Positions 17,574 to 29,100 of a stretch of DNA of 58,972 nucleotides are shown here, piece after piece. The translations under genes and the position numbers were made by a program. Source of the DNA: Reclinomonas americana ATCC 50394 (lineage: Eukaryota); assembly GCA_048213135.1 (NCBI GenBank), contig PS015093.1, positions 171,443 through 230,414 on the forward strand, given 5' to 3'. The first letter of the stretch is position 1, and each line of letters starts with the position of its first letter. Under the pieces are notes generated by a model, which was not told where the DNA came from, searched no databases, and saw only the letters and a list, made by a program, of their open reading frames with translations.

Positions 17574-20500
17574 TTACTGTGCACCGACAGCGGGCGCGAG
17601 CATCAGCATCTCCATCGGGTGCGCCACAAAGCAGCCCGGCGACGATGGCGACGACGACGACGACACCGACGAGAACGACGCCGTGGCGGTGAGCTCGTCC
17701 ATGTTGAACGAGAACTCATCGTCGTCGGCGTCGTCCAGCAGTCCACCGAGCGCCGGCGAGAGCGGCGGAGTGAGACCGCTGCCGCCCACCGAGTCGGCCA
17801 CGCACACATCCTCGGACGTCGGGAACGTCAGCAGGTACGAAAACGCTGCTGCCGCCGCCGCCGTGGCATGCGCGTGCGCGTGCGAGCGCGACGTCATGGT
17901 GGTTGCCGTGGTGGCCATCGACAGCAGCGACGGAGTCACCGTGGAGCCGCAGCAGTCGAGGCCCAGCAGGCGCGACGAGGCGGCCGACACAAAGTGCGCC
18001 AGAGTCAGCTGCGGGTGCGAGCGTTGCCACTCGGCGGCGTACGCCGCCAACAGCTGGCGCGCCTGCACCAGGTCCGTCGCGTAGCCGGCACCCGAGCGAC
18101 CCGTCGACAGGCACGCTGCCACTGCACGCTGGCACGCGTCGGCATCATTCTCAAACGCCACGTAGGGCTCAATTCGGAGCACATTGGCATCCTGAACCCA
18201 CACCTAGATATGGAGAGGAAAGAGGAGAGGGAGTGTGAACACCAAGGCAGAGGAGACTTGGTTGCCGTGCAAAAAAAGAAAAACTCACGTCTGGGCGGTC
18301 ATCGAGCACCACAGCCGAGGCCACGTGCACGTGCACACCGAGGCGACGGAGATCCTTGACGCAGGCGTCGGGGTGCTGCGGCGGGCATTGCCACGCCGAC
18401 ACCGACGACGTCGAGGCGGCATGGCGCAGCGACTCGCGCGAAACCACATGACGAATCACGTCGCGCGACGGGTCCAACAGCGCCACCACCGCGTCCACAT
18501 AGGCCGCCACACCAGCCGAGCAGACCACCACCTCAATCAGGTGCGACACGGAACGCAACCAGGCCATGAGGTCACGCGCACCCGGACGCACGCTGACCAC
18601 CACCGTCTCCACGACAAATTCGTCACACGACGGCGCCGCCGCCGAAGAAGCAGAAAACAAGGAAACGCTGTTCGCGTCTCCATCGTTACCGTCCTCGTCG
18701 TCCACCGCGTCCGCGTCCGTCACCGAGGTCGCAACGGATTGCAGCGGCGACCACAGGGGCGACGACAGGAACGACGAAGGCCAGGAAGAGGAGGAGGAAG
18801 ACAGCTTGGTCTTCGGGTGCTTCACCTCCAGCACGTGCGTGTCGTCGGGGGCGAACCAGCGATACCGGCGCACGGCGCGCTCGTCGACTTCGGAGGAGGC
18901 GTGGACCTGGAAAGGAGGGAGAAGGAGGTGAGAAATGGGAATGGGGGGTGAAGGGGAATGAAGGGGAAGGGGGATGGGAGAAGGGGAAAGGGGAGAAGGG
19001 GGAATGGGAAAGAGGGGAGAGGAGGGGGAAAGAGAGGGAGAAGGGGGAAGGGGAGAGAAGGAACGGGAGAGGGGGGAGAGGGAAAAGGCAGAAGAGGGAA
19101 AGATACGAAGATGCGAGCGCGAGAAACTTGCAAGTACCCGTCAAGAGGCAGAGCCGAGAGATTGGAAGAAAGGCCAGTGCAAGACGGCTCAAGCGTGCAG
19201 AAGATGACTATCATGGGAAAAGCCGCCCAGAAGCGATAAGACGAGGAGCCGAGAGACATTTGACGAATGAACAGAGAAGAGACAAGCACGTGCGACAAAT
19301 GTAAAGTGCTTCGTCAGGAGAGGAGAGAAGAGGAGAGAGACGCGAGGGGACAAGCGCGACACAACGGCAAATGCTTCGCAAGAGAGGACGGAGAGAGGAG
19401 AGTGTGCAACGGCAGCAAAGCGATCGTGCGAAAGAAGCAGAAAGAGAGCTTCCGGACACAAGAAATCAACTAGAACGGGCGATGATGCAGAGTGGAACGG
19501 TCGACACCTCCCTCCACGACCATCTCTCAAAAGGCAACACCAGGGAGCACCCGAAAACACAGCGAAACCAAGACAGCGCAAGCAAGAAGAAAACAGAGAG
19601 AGAACACAAATGAAGAGTGACACATTTGAGCGCGAATGCACCAAAGAGCAGTGCCGCACAAACAAGAACAGTCGACAACACCAAAAGGAGACCTCGTGAT
19701 GATCATCGCGCGCAAAGGAGAGTGAGAGCTCAGAGAGAGACACAGAGGAGAGAGTGAGAGAGCACGCGCACAAGCAGACAACACCAGAATGAGGGAATCA
19801 CGCAAAAACAACAAGGAAACCAACACAGAATCCAAGACGCACACGCTGATCACAAAGCAACAGAGAGGGAGAGACAGGAGGAGACAGGAGGAGACAAGAG
19901 ACGCAATACAGAAAGAGAGGTGATGATTGCGACCCGCAAATGGAAGAGGCGATGATGACTGCGCAAGAACGGTCGGCAGCGGCAAACCACAATAAACAAA
20001 AGAAACAAACAACATAAGAAAAACAAAGACAAGAAGGAAGAGGAAGAGGAAGACGAGAGAAAGAAAAGGAAAAACCGCACAAATAAGTGAACAGACGATC
20101 ACGCGCGCGCGCGGGAACGGAAATGCACAATGGACGACAGCAACACAGGGCAACAGAGAGAGAGACAGCGAGTAAGGCGAGACAAGATCACACAAAAGAG
20201 AGGAGAAGAGGGGGGAGAGAGAGAAAGAGTGAGCGTCGTGACGCGCTCATCGCCACCCAAAAAACAGGAAGAGAATCTGCAAATCAACACCATGCAACGA
20301 AACCGCAACAAACACAGAGAGCGAGACACGCGCACACACGCACAAGCAACACAAAGACAGCGCGCAACACGCCGCGTGCGAAATGCCCAACAAGCATACA
20401 AAAAAAGACGTTTTCCTTCCTCTCTCTCACACACTCACCAACGTATGATCCAAGTCCAGCACCACCGTCAACCGCGACGTGATCAACCGCGCACGCAGGC

Positions 20501-21215
20501 GATACCGCCCCTCCGCCTCACCACACCCACTGCTGCTCTCCAGCAACAGCGTGCGCCCGCCCGCCACAGCCACCGCAAGCACACAAGTCTACAAGAGAGA
20601 GTGAGCGCAAAGAGACAGAGAGAGAGGCAGGGAGCGTCACACTCACCAGTGCAGAGGTGCTCTCGAGGAGGCCATCCAGCTCGGCCAGCGACGCAGAGGG
20701 CCCCAAAACGGCACCAATCACCGGTTCCGCTTGAAGCACCGCGCCACTTGTCACAGGCAACGCCATTGCGCTGTGTAACAGAGAGCGACAGGGTGGAGGA
20801 GGTGAGCGCGCACATAAAAAAAAAAAAACGGTGTGATGGCCGATCATCACGAGGCACACGTCTTGACTTTTCTCATCTTGTGCTTTGTGTGTGTGTTATA
20901 CGCAACAGTTCAGTGGAGGAGCCGATGAGCGTGAGGCGGCCGAGCACTTGGCCCTGCACAATGAGACGACGCGTGACCTGTGTGTGCACAAAGATCGAAC
21001 ATTTCAGTGAAGACGCGACATATGTCGTTGCTCATAATCAACACACAAACCTTTTCCATTGTTGCGTCGTGTGGGAAGAGTGGTGGTGAGGAGGTCTGCG
21101 AGGGTGTTGGTGTTGTTGTTGTTGTTGTGGTTGTTGACTTTGGTGCAGTGGAAAACAAGCCGCCCCACATGGTGCTACTTGGTGGGGGTTGGAACAGGGA
21201 GCGCGGGGAGGACAT
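17574..21215 (-). CDS. FCP1/SCP (NLI-interacting factor) family HAD phosphatase, multi-exon
   Basis: The spliced catalytic motif LTVVLDLDHTL|VH (DxDxT, ~20470-20440 joined to 18907) is followed by VSVRPGARDLM, VVCSAGVAAYVDAVVALLDP, VKDLRRLG and VVLDDRPD|VWVQDANVLRIEPY. The start at 21215 (MSSPRSLF) is tentative. Confidence 0.85.
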
Positions 21216-21725
21216 TGCCAAGAGGAGGCACACAGTGTGTAGTGTTGTGTTGTGAGAGAAAAGGACGTACACAGCGCGCGCTCGAAGCACTGCGACGAAA
21301 TTGGGATTGTTGTTCGATCTCCAGTCGATGGAATTTCGACGAAATTGAATGTGAAAGCTATCTTTAGCGCACTCTCTCGCCGTCTTCTCGGTGGAGCGAG
21401 AGAGTGATGCGTGCGGGAGTGCGAGAGTGTGCATGTGCGTTTGTCGGAATTATTGGTATTTTGATGGTCGCGGGGCAGCTAGCGCTGGTAATTCGATTTC
21501 GAATTCAACGCGAAATCGAAGTCGAAGCACGCGTGGGCAGTTGCAGGGCGGGTGGAACAGCTGCGGTTTGACATGATGATGTGGTTTGGCGAAGATGTGA
21601 AGGATGCGTGCCAAGGGGAATTTGGTGGAAAAACTGGCACGATCGATCGCTGCGGCCGCGTTGTCGACGTCGCTGGATCACCTCCGGTGTTTGTTGTTTC
21701 ACGAAGTCATCATGTTACACGCCGT

Positions 21726-22178
21726 TCACTTCGCCGCCTCCTCCACTCTCGGCTGCTCGAGATCGCCGTCGAACACGACAATGGTCGGCGGTGTCGTGCG
21801 AAAATCACTGACGCGGATCCACCTCGGCCGGACGCGAAAGTAGGCCATGTCGGGATTCGTCGCTCGCTCGTGGCCATCCGGAAAGCGCTGCAGGTAGAGC
21901 TCCTTGAGTCGCAGCAATTCTGCGCCGACGGGCTCATCGGCCGCACCCTCAATCTGCGCCGTCCGCCCATCATCCCAGCCAATGACCATGGCAGCGCGTG
22001 GATTCGCTCGCAGATTGCCGGCTTTCCGCGAAGTTGTGAGCGTGTCGAAGATGAGCTCGAGCTGGTCAGAGATCGCCACGCCGACAACAGCCGCCTGTGG
22101 ACCGCCGTCGCCTGTGACAGATGCCTCCACCGCCCACGGTTGGGAGCGCAGGAACGCCAGTAGCTCATCGCGTGTCAT
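21726..22178 (-). CDS. Pyridoxamine 5'-phosphate oxidase-like (FMN/F420 split-barrel) protein, intronless, 150 aa
   Basis: MTRDELLAFLRSQPWAVEASVTGDGGPQAAVVGVAISDQLELIFDTLTTSRKAGNLRANPRAAMVIGWDDGRTAQIEG contains the typical 'A-S/T-V-xxdGxP' and 'SRKxxNLxxNPR' signatures of the family. Confidence 0.85.
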   Translation of the reverse strand: MTRDELLAFLRSQPWAVEASVTGDGGPQAAVVGVAISDQLELIFDTLTTSRKAGNLRANPRAAMVIGWDDGRTAQIEGAADEPVGAELLRLKELYLQRFPDGHERATNPDMAYFRVRPRWIRVSDFRTTPPTIVVFDGDLEQPRVEEAAK

Positions 22179-22340
22179 CTGGTGGGATGTGGATGCAGTG
22201 CGTGTCACCGCGGCGAGTGAACGTGTTGTTGTGCACGACGCGAGTTCACGCCAGATTGATTGTCCATCAACGTGCCCGTCTATCACACAGTCCTCCATTG
22301 GTATGCAGACAAAGACTCAAGCGTGTTGCATGCCCCAGTT

Positions 22341-22548
22341 TGAGACCGATGCCGCGTACCGTCGTGCATTCCTATCTGAATGCCAACACTCATCACAAGC
22401 GTGGACATACGAAGCCTTCCCTTTCCTCTACTCTCGCCTCCCGCTTCATTACCTCGCCAGATTGGCGTGGATATTTCTCCTCGCCGCCAACCTCAACGAC
22501 GACACACCCTTCTCCTTCTCCCCCTCCTCCTCCTCATCCTCTTCCTCC
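22341..22548 (+). CDS. Possible exon of an unknown gene, truncated by a gap
   Basis: A CCCCAG acceptor at 22339 precedes FETDAAYRRAFLSECQHSSQAWTYEAFPFLYSRLPLHYLARLAWIFLLAANL. No family recognised. Confidence 0.25.
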
Positions 22549-23180
22549 NNNNNNNNNNNNNNNNNNNNNNNNNNNNNNNNNNNNNNNNNNNNNNNNNNNN
22601 NNNNNNNNNNNNNNNNNNNNNNNNNNNNNNNNNNNNNNNNNNNNNNNNNNNNNNNNNNNNNNNNNNNNNNNNNNNNNNNNNNNNNNNNNNNNNNNNNNNN
22701 NNNNNNNNNNNNNNNNNNNNNNNNNNNNNNNNNNNNNNNNNNNNNNNNNNNNNNNNNNNNNNNNNNNNNNNNNNNNNNNNNNNNNNNNNNNNNNNNNNNN
22801 NNNNNNNNNNNNNNNNNNNNNNNNNNNNNNNNNNNNNNNNNNNNNNNNNNNNNNNNNNNNNNNNNNNNNNNNNNNNNNNNNNNNNNNNNNNNNNNNNNNN
22901 NNNNNNNNNNNNNNNNNNNNNNNNNNNNNNNNNNNNNNNNNNNNNNNNNNNNNNNNNNNNNNNNNNNNNNNNNNNNNNNNNNNNNNNNNNNNNNNNNNNN
23001 NNNNNNNNNNNNNNNNNNNNNNNNNNNNNNNNNNNNNNNNNNNNNNNNNNNNNNNNNNNNNNNNNNNNNNNNNNNNNNNNNNNNNNNNNNNNNNNNNNNN
23101 NNNNNNNNNNNNNNNNNNNNNNNNNNNNNNNNNNNNNNNNNNNNNNNNNNNNNNNNNNNNNNNNNNNNNNNNNNNNNNNN

Positions 23181-26100
23181 CAGCATCGTGAGCAGCGACG
23201 CCATGGCCCGCGGCCTCGACATCTCCAACGTCTCGTGCGTCATCAACTACGACATGCCGCACGCCGTCGAAGCCTACGTGCATCGTGTGGGTCGCACGGC
23301 GCGTGCCGGTCGCCGGGGCGTGGCCTACACCATTCTGACGTCGCCCGAGGTGCTGCCGTTCCGCGATTTGATGAAGCGGCGGCGTGACGCGGAGCGCCTG
23401 CAGCTGCTCAAGCCGAAGAAGCGCATGGACGACGCCAAGTACGAGCGGTATCGTCGGGCGGTGCGGGCGCTGCATGAGTTGCTGGAGGCGGAGGGCAAGG
23501 GCCTGCTGTCGCGGGTGGCGTCGGTGGCGCCGATGGAGGAGGGTGGTGAGGGGGAGAAGAAGGTAGAGGAGGAGGANNNNNNNNNNNNNNNNNNNNTGTG
23601 CGAGAATGATTGAGAAGGGGGAGGGGAGGGGGGGGGGGGGGGTGGGGCAGGGGACGCAACAGCTGCAGGCGGCCGGTCTTGAAATCGTGCAGGATCTGCG
23701 TGCGCTGGCTCTGCGGTTGCAGGCGAGAGAATTCGGCGGCCTTGATGCCGCCGCCGTACAGCTCCAGGAGGCGCACGAGGCTGACGGACACAGAGGGGTG
23801 TGAGAAGAAAGGAAGAAGTGTGCTTGTGTGCCTCGTACAGATCATTCAGAGTCTCGCCGTCACTCCCCATGGTGCGTGCGAGGAGAAGACGATTCGAGTG
23901 TGGTCCTCTCTCATTTTCCGACTCACCGATGAGCCGTGTCGACGCTGCCGGTGAAGCAGAGAATGTGCGTTGTGCTCTCCACTTGCTCCAAGAGTTGCAA
24001 GAGTGCCAGCACTCGATCCGAGCCGCGGCACACGAACATGAATTCCTGATACGCAGGCACAAGGAAGACAAGACGGGCAGAGAAAGAGAGAGAAAGAGAG
24101 AAATGAGAAGCGGGAGGACGAGGAGGAGAAGGAGGAGGAGGAGGAGAAAGAGGAGGGGAGAAGGAGGAGAAGTGGAAGAGAGAAAGAGAGAAGAGAGAAA
24201 TGAGAGAAATAGAGAAAGNNNNNNNNNNNNNNNNNNNNNNNNNNNNNNNNNNNNNNNNNNNNNNNNNNNNNNNNNNNNNNNNNNNNNNNNNNNNNNNNNN
24301 NNNNNNNNNNNNNNNNNNNNNNNNNNNNNNNNNNNNNNNNNNNNNNNNNNNNNNNNNNNNNNNNNNNNNNNNNNNNNNNNNNNNNNNNNNNNNNNNNNNN
24401 NNNNNNNNNNNNNNNNNNNNNNNNNNNNNNNNNNNNNNNNNNNNNNNNNNNNNNNNNNNNNNNNNNNNNNNNNNNNNNNNNNNNNNNNNNNNNNNNNNNN
24501 NNNNNNNNNNNNNNNNNNNNNNNNNNNNNNNNNNNNNNNNNNNNNNNNNNNNNNNNNNNNNNNNNNNNNNNNNNNNNNNNNNNNNNNNNNNNNNNNNNNN
24601 NNNNNNNNNNNNNNNNNNNNNNNNNNNNNNNNNNNNNNNNNNNNNNNNNNNNNNNNNNNNNNNNNNNNNNNNNNNNNNNNNNNNNNNNNNNNNNNNNNNN
24701 NNNNNNNNNNNNNNNNNNNNNNNNNNNNNNNNNNNNNNNNNNNNNNNNNNNNNNNNNNNNNNNNNNNNNNNNNNNNNNNNNNNNNNNNNNNNNNNNNNNN
24801 NNNNNNNNNNNNNNNNNNNNNNNNNNNNNNNNNNNNNNNNNNNNNNNNNNNNNNNNNNNNNNNNNNNNNNNNNNNNNNNNNNNNNNNNNNNNNNNNNNNN
24901 NNNAAGAGAGAAGAGAGGAAAGAGAGAAAAGAGAGAAGAAAGAAAAGAGAGAAAAGAGAAAGAGAGAGAAGAGAAAAGGAGAGAAGAGAAAGAGAGAAAA
25001 GAGAGTACAGAGAAGAGAGTGTGATTGAGAGAGAGAGACGCACACACGAACACACGCACGCAACCATTCCGCGGAAATACGATAAATAGAATAGGTAAAG
25101 TGAGCACGCACACGATAACAAAAAGACGCACGCACATAAACGCACCCCGAAAACACACATACCCCACAACAACAGCATCAACATGAAACACGCACGCGCG
25201 AACACACATACAGACACAGCCAACCACGACAACAGACAATAACAACAACAACAAAGACGCACACACGACAAAACAGTGAGCGCCGCGCAGCAGACGAAAC
25301 ACACCCTTCCCCTTCAGCCTCCTCACCTCCAGCTCCTTGGGCAAGGCATACATCTCGGCCTCCAGATTGGCCAACTGCAAGTGCGCCGCAGTTTCCGACT
25401 CCTGGCTGACCGCCGCCGCGTCGTTCGTGTCACTGCCGACGGAGATGTACAGCGGCGAGAACAACCCGAGACGCGCCAGCGTTTCGGGGTGGCGTGTGAG
25501 TGTGGCGCTCACGAGAATCTTTTGCAGCTGTGCGATTGGGGAAGAGTTAGAGGAGTAGGAAGGCGTGCAGAGGTCATGCAAGTAGCCGCAACATAGGGAG
25601 TGGTGGTGACCGCGCGCGCCGCATTGCTGAGCACGGCGTCGGGGCGTCGCGTGAGATGCTGCGGGAGGCGCGTGGCCGGCAGTGCACTCCACAGCGTGTG
25701 CAGGAAGTCGAAATAGGATTGATTGAGCAAGCGATCGGCCTCTGCACACAGAATGAGAAAGGGAGTGAGGAAAGCAAGAGAAAACCCACCTGCCTGTCCT
25801 TCCAGCTTATCACACTCCCTTTCCCCTCTGAATGCACACGAAAATCACCTGTCTGTCCTTCCCGTCTCTCTTTTCTCCACTCTACTTTTCCCTTCTAAAA
25901 GCACAAGAAAATCACCTGTCTGTCCTTCCCTCTTTCCACCACTCTCCTTTTCCCCTCTGAAAGCACAGGAAAATCACCTGTCTGTCCCTCCCCCTTCCTC
26001 TTTCTCCTCTCTCTTCCCCACTGAAAGCACAAGAAAATAACCTGCCTGTCCTTCCCCTTCCCACTCTCCCTTTCCCTCTGAAATCACAGGACAATAACCT

Positions 26101-29100
26101 GCCTGTCCTTCCCCCTTCCCTCGTTGCACCACTTTCCCTCTCCCCTCTGAAAGCACAAGAAAATCAGATGTCTGTCCTTCCCTCTTTGCTTCACTCTCCG
26201 TTTCTCCTCTGAAATCACAAGAAAAACACCTGTCTGTCCTTCCGCCCTTCCTCGTTCTTCACTCTCCCCTCTGAAAGTACAAAAAATCACCTGTCTATCC
26301 TTCCCCCTTCCCTCATGTCTCCACTCTCCCTTTCGCCTCTGAAATCACAGGACAATAACCTGCCTGTCCTTCCCTCTTTGCTTCGCTCTCCCTTTCCCCT
26401 CTAAAAGCACAAGAAAATCACCTGTCTGTTCTTTCCCCTTCCCCCTCTCTCTCATTGGCAAGACGGACGACGACGACCAGTGAGGGCGCCGCCCACACAC
26501 AGACGAATGGATACACACGCGTGGCAGCACAAGAGACTCTCCCTTTGCTCTCTCCCCTTCTCCCGACTCCCCTTCCCCCCTTCCCCTTTCCCTTCCCCTA
26601 CCATCGAGAACCACCGTGTGCAGGCCCTCCAAATTCAGCTGCTCGTGCTTCAACAGCGACACCAGACGGCCGGGTGTGACCACCAGCACATCGGCACCCT
26701 CGACGTCGCCACTCTGATGCGAGGTCAGGAGACGATGAGAAAACCAACACAAGCCCCTTTTCCCAGATCTCTCACCAGCGTCTGCCCGCAATCCAGCACC
26801 ACATGCNNNNNNNNNNNNNNNNNNNNNNNNNNNNNNNNNNNNNNNNNNNNNNNNNNNNNNNNNNNNNNNNNNNNNNNNNNNNNNNNNNNNNNNNNNNNNN
26901 NNNNNNNNNNNNNNNNNNNNNNNNNNNNNNNNNNNNNNNNNNNNNNNNNNNNNNNNNNNNNNNNNNNNNNNNNNNNNNNNNNNNNNNNNNNNNNNNNNNN
27001 NNNNNNNNNNNNNNNNNNNNNNNNNNNNNNNNNNNNNNNNNNNNNNNNNNNNNNNNNNNNNNNNNNNNNNNNNNNNNNNNNNNNNNNNNNNNNNNNNNNN
27101 NNNNNNNNNNNNNNNNNNNNNNNNNNNNNNNNNNNNNNNNNNNNNNNNNNNNNNNNNNNNNNNNNNNNNNNNNNNNNNNNNNNNNNNNNNNNNNNNNNNN
27201 NNNNNNNNNNNNNNNNNNNNNNNNNNNNNNNNNNNNNNNNNNNNNNNNNNNNNNNNNNNNNNNNNNNNNNNNNNNNNNNNNNNNNNNNNNNNNNNNNNNN
27301 NTCCCTCTCGCTCCCCCTTCTCCCCCTCTTCCCCTTTCCAAAGGACTTCTCCATGGACTCCATCTTCTCCGTCCAGCGCCGCGTCTGGCCGGTGCTCCTC
27401 AGCACCGCCGGCCTCTCACCGCGCTCCACCGTGCAACTACCGCACGACCTGTGCATCTGCGCGCCCACCGGCTCCGGCAAAACTCTGGCCTACGCCGCCC
27501 CGCTCCTCTCGCGCCTGCTCACGTCGAGTGTGCGACACGAGGCCGGGCGGTCGCGACTGCGCGTGCTGGTCATCCTGCCCACTCGCGACCTGGCGCAACA
27601 GGTGCACTCAGTGATTGAGAGGCTGGCGCGGCAGGCGCCCGGCTTNNNNNNNNNNNNNNNNNNNNNNNNNNNNNNNNNNNNNNNNNNNNNNNNNNNNNNN
27701 NNNNNNNNNNNNNNNNNNNNNNNNNNNNNNNNNNNNNNNNNNNNNNNNNNNNNNNNNNNNNNNNNNNNNNNNNNNNNNNNNNNNNNNNNNNNNNNNNNNN
27801 NNNNNNNNNNNNNNNNNNNNNNNNNNNNNNNNNNNNNNNNNNNNNNNNNNNNNNNNNNNNNNNNNNNNNNNNNNNNNNNNNNNNNNNNNNNNNNNNNNNN
27901 NNNNNNNNNNNNNNNNNNNNNNNNNNNNNNNNNNNNNNNNNNNNNNNNNNNNNNNNNNNNNNNNNNNNNNNNNNNNNNNNNNNNNNNNNNNNNNNNNNNN
28001 NNNNNNNNNNNNNNNNNNNNNNNNNNNNNNNNNNNNNNNNNNNNNNNNNNNNNNNNNNNNNNNNNNNNNNNNNNNNNNNNNNNNNNNNNNNNNNNNNNNN
28101 NNNNNNNNNNNNNNNNNNNNNNNNNNNNNNNNNNNNNNNNNNNNNNNNNNNNNNNNNNNNNNNNNNNAAGTTAAGATCTCGCACATGACTTGCTGCTCTC
28201 TTTTCTTTCTTTCTTTCTCCCCTCCTCTCTCTCTCTCTCTCTCTGCGCGCGGCGAAAGAGACGCAAGGAGCAGTACACATAGCCTTCTTCAATCAAGCTG
28301 CGCGTGGTCACTTCCGAACACACTCAGTGCGAGGTGTCAATGCGAGAGAAAGCAAGGAAGGAAGAGTGGGTGGGGAGCTCTCCTTGAGGAAAGAAAAACT
28401 CAAGGTGCTCGCGGGCAACAAAGTGACGTGGATTCTCTCATGCTTCTCCTCTCCAAGTCAGCAAATTTCGAGCTGCGACGAGTTCTCTCCCTCTCTCGTC
28501 TCTGACCAAGTCAAGAAGAACACTCAACCACACACAATCCAGTGTCTCCCAACCTGCCTCGTTCTCGCTTTCACATCTCCCGCGAGTGAAGAAGAACCCT
28601 CGCACAACCAGCTTCTCTTAACCCTGCCTCGCCCTCGTCTTCTCATCAACCCAAGTCAAAAAATACTCTCGACCACAAACCCAGCTTCTTTCAACCTGCC
28701 TCGCTCTCGCCTTCTGGTCTCTGTCCAAGTCAAGAAGAACACTCGACCACACAACCCAGCTTCTTTCAACCTGCCTCGTTCTCGCCTTCTCATCTCTCCC
28801 CAAATAAAGAAGCCCTCTCGACCACACAGAACAGCTTCTCAACCTGCCTCGCCTTCTGGTCTCTGTCCAAGTCAAGAGGAACACTCAACCACACAAACGA
28901 GCTTCTCTAAACCTGCCTCGTTCTCGCCTTCACATCTCTCCAAGTCAAGAAGAACTCTCAACCACACAACCCAGCTTCTTTCAATCTGCCTCGCCCTCGC
29001 CTTCTCATATCTCTCCGAATGAAGAAGAACCCTCGCACAGCCCAGCTTCTCTTAACCCTCCTCCCTCTCTTCTCCCTCTCTCGCACTACGCACCTTCCGC

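Noticed and set aside
22179-22298. 40-aa N-terminal extension of the PNPOx-like ORF
   Set aside because: The family pattern begins at MTRDELL (22178), and the extension looks neither conserved nor like a targeting peptide.
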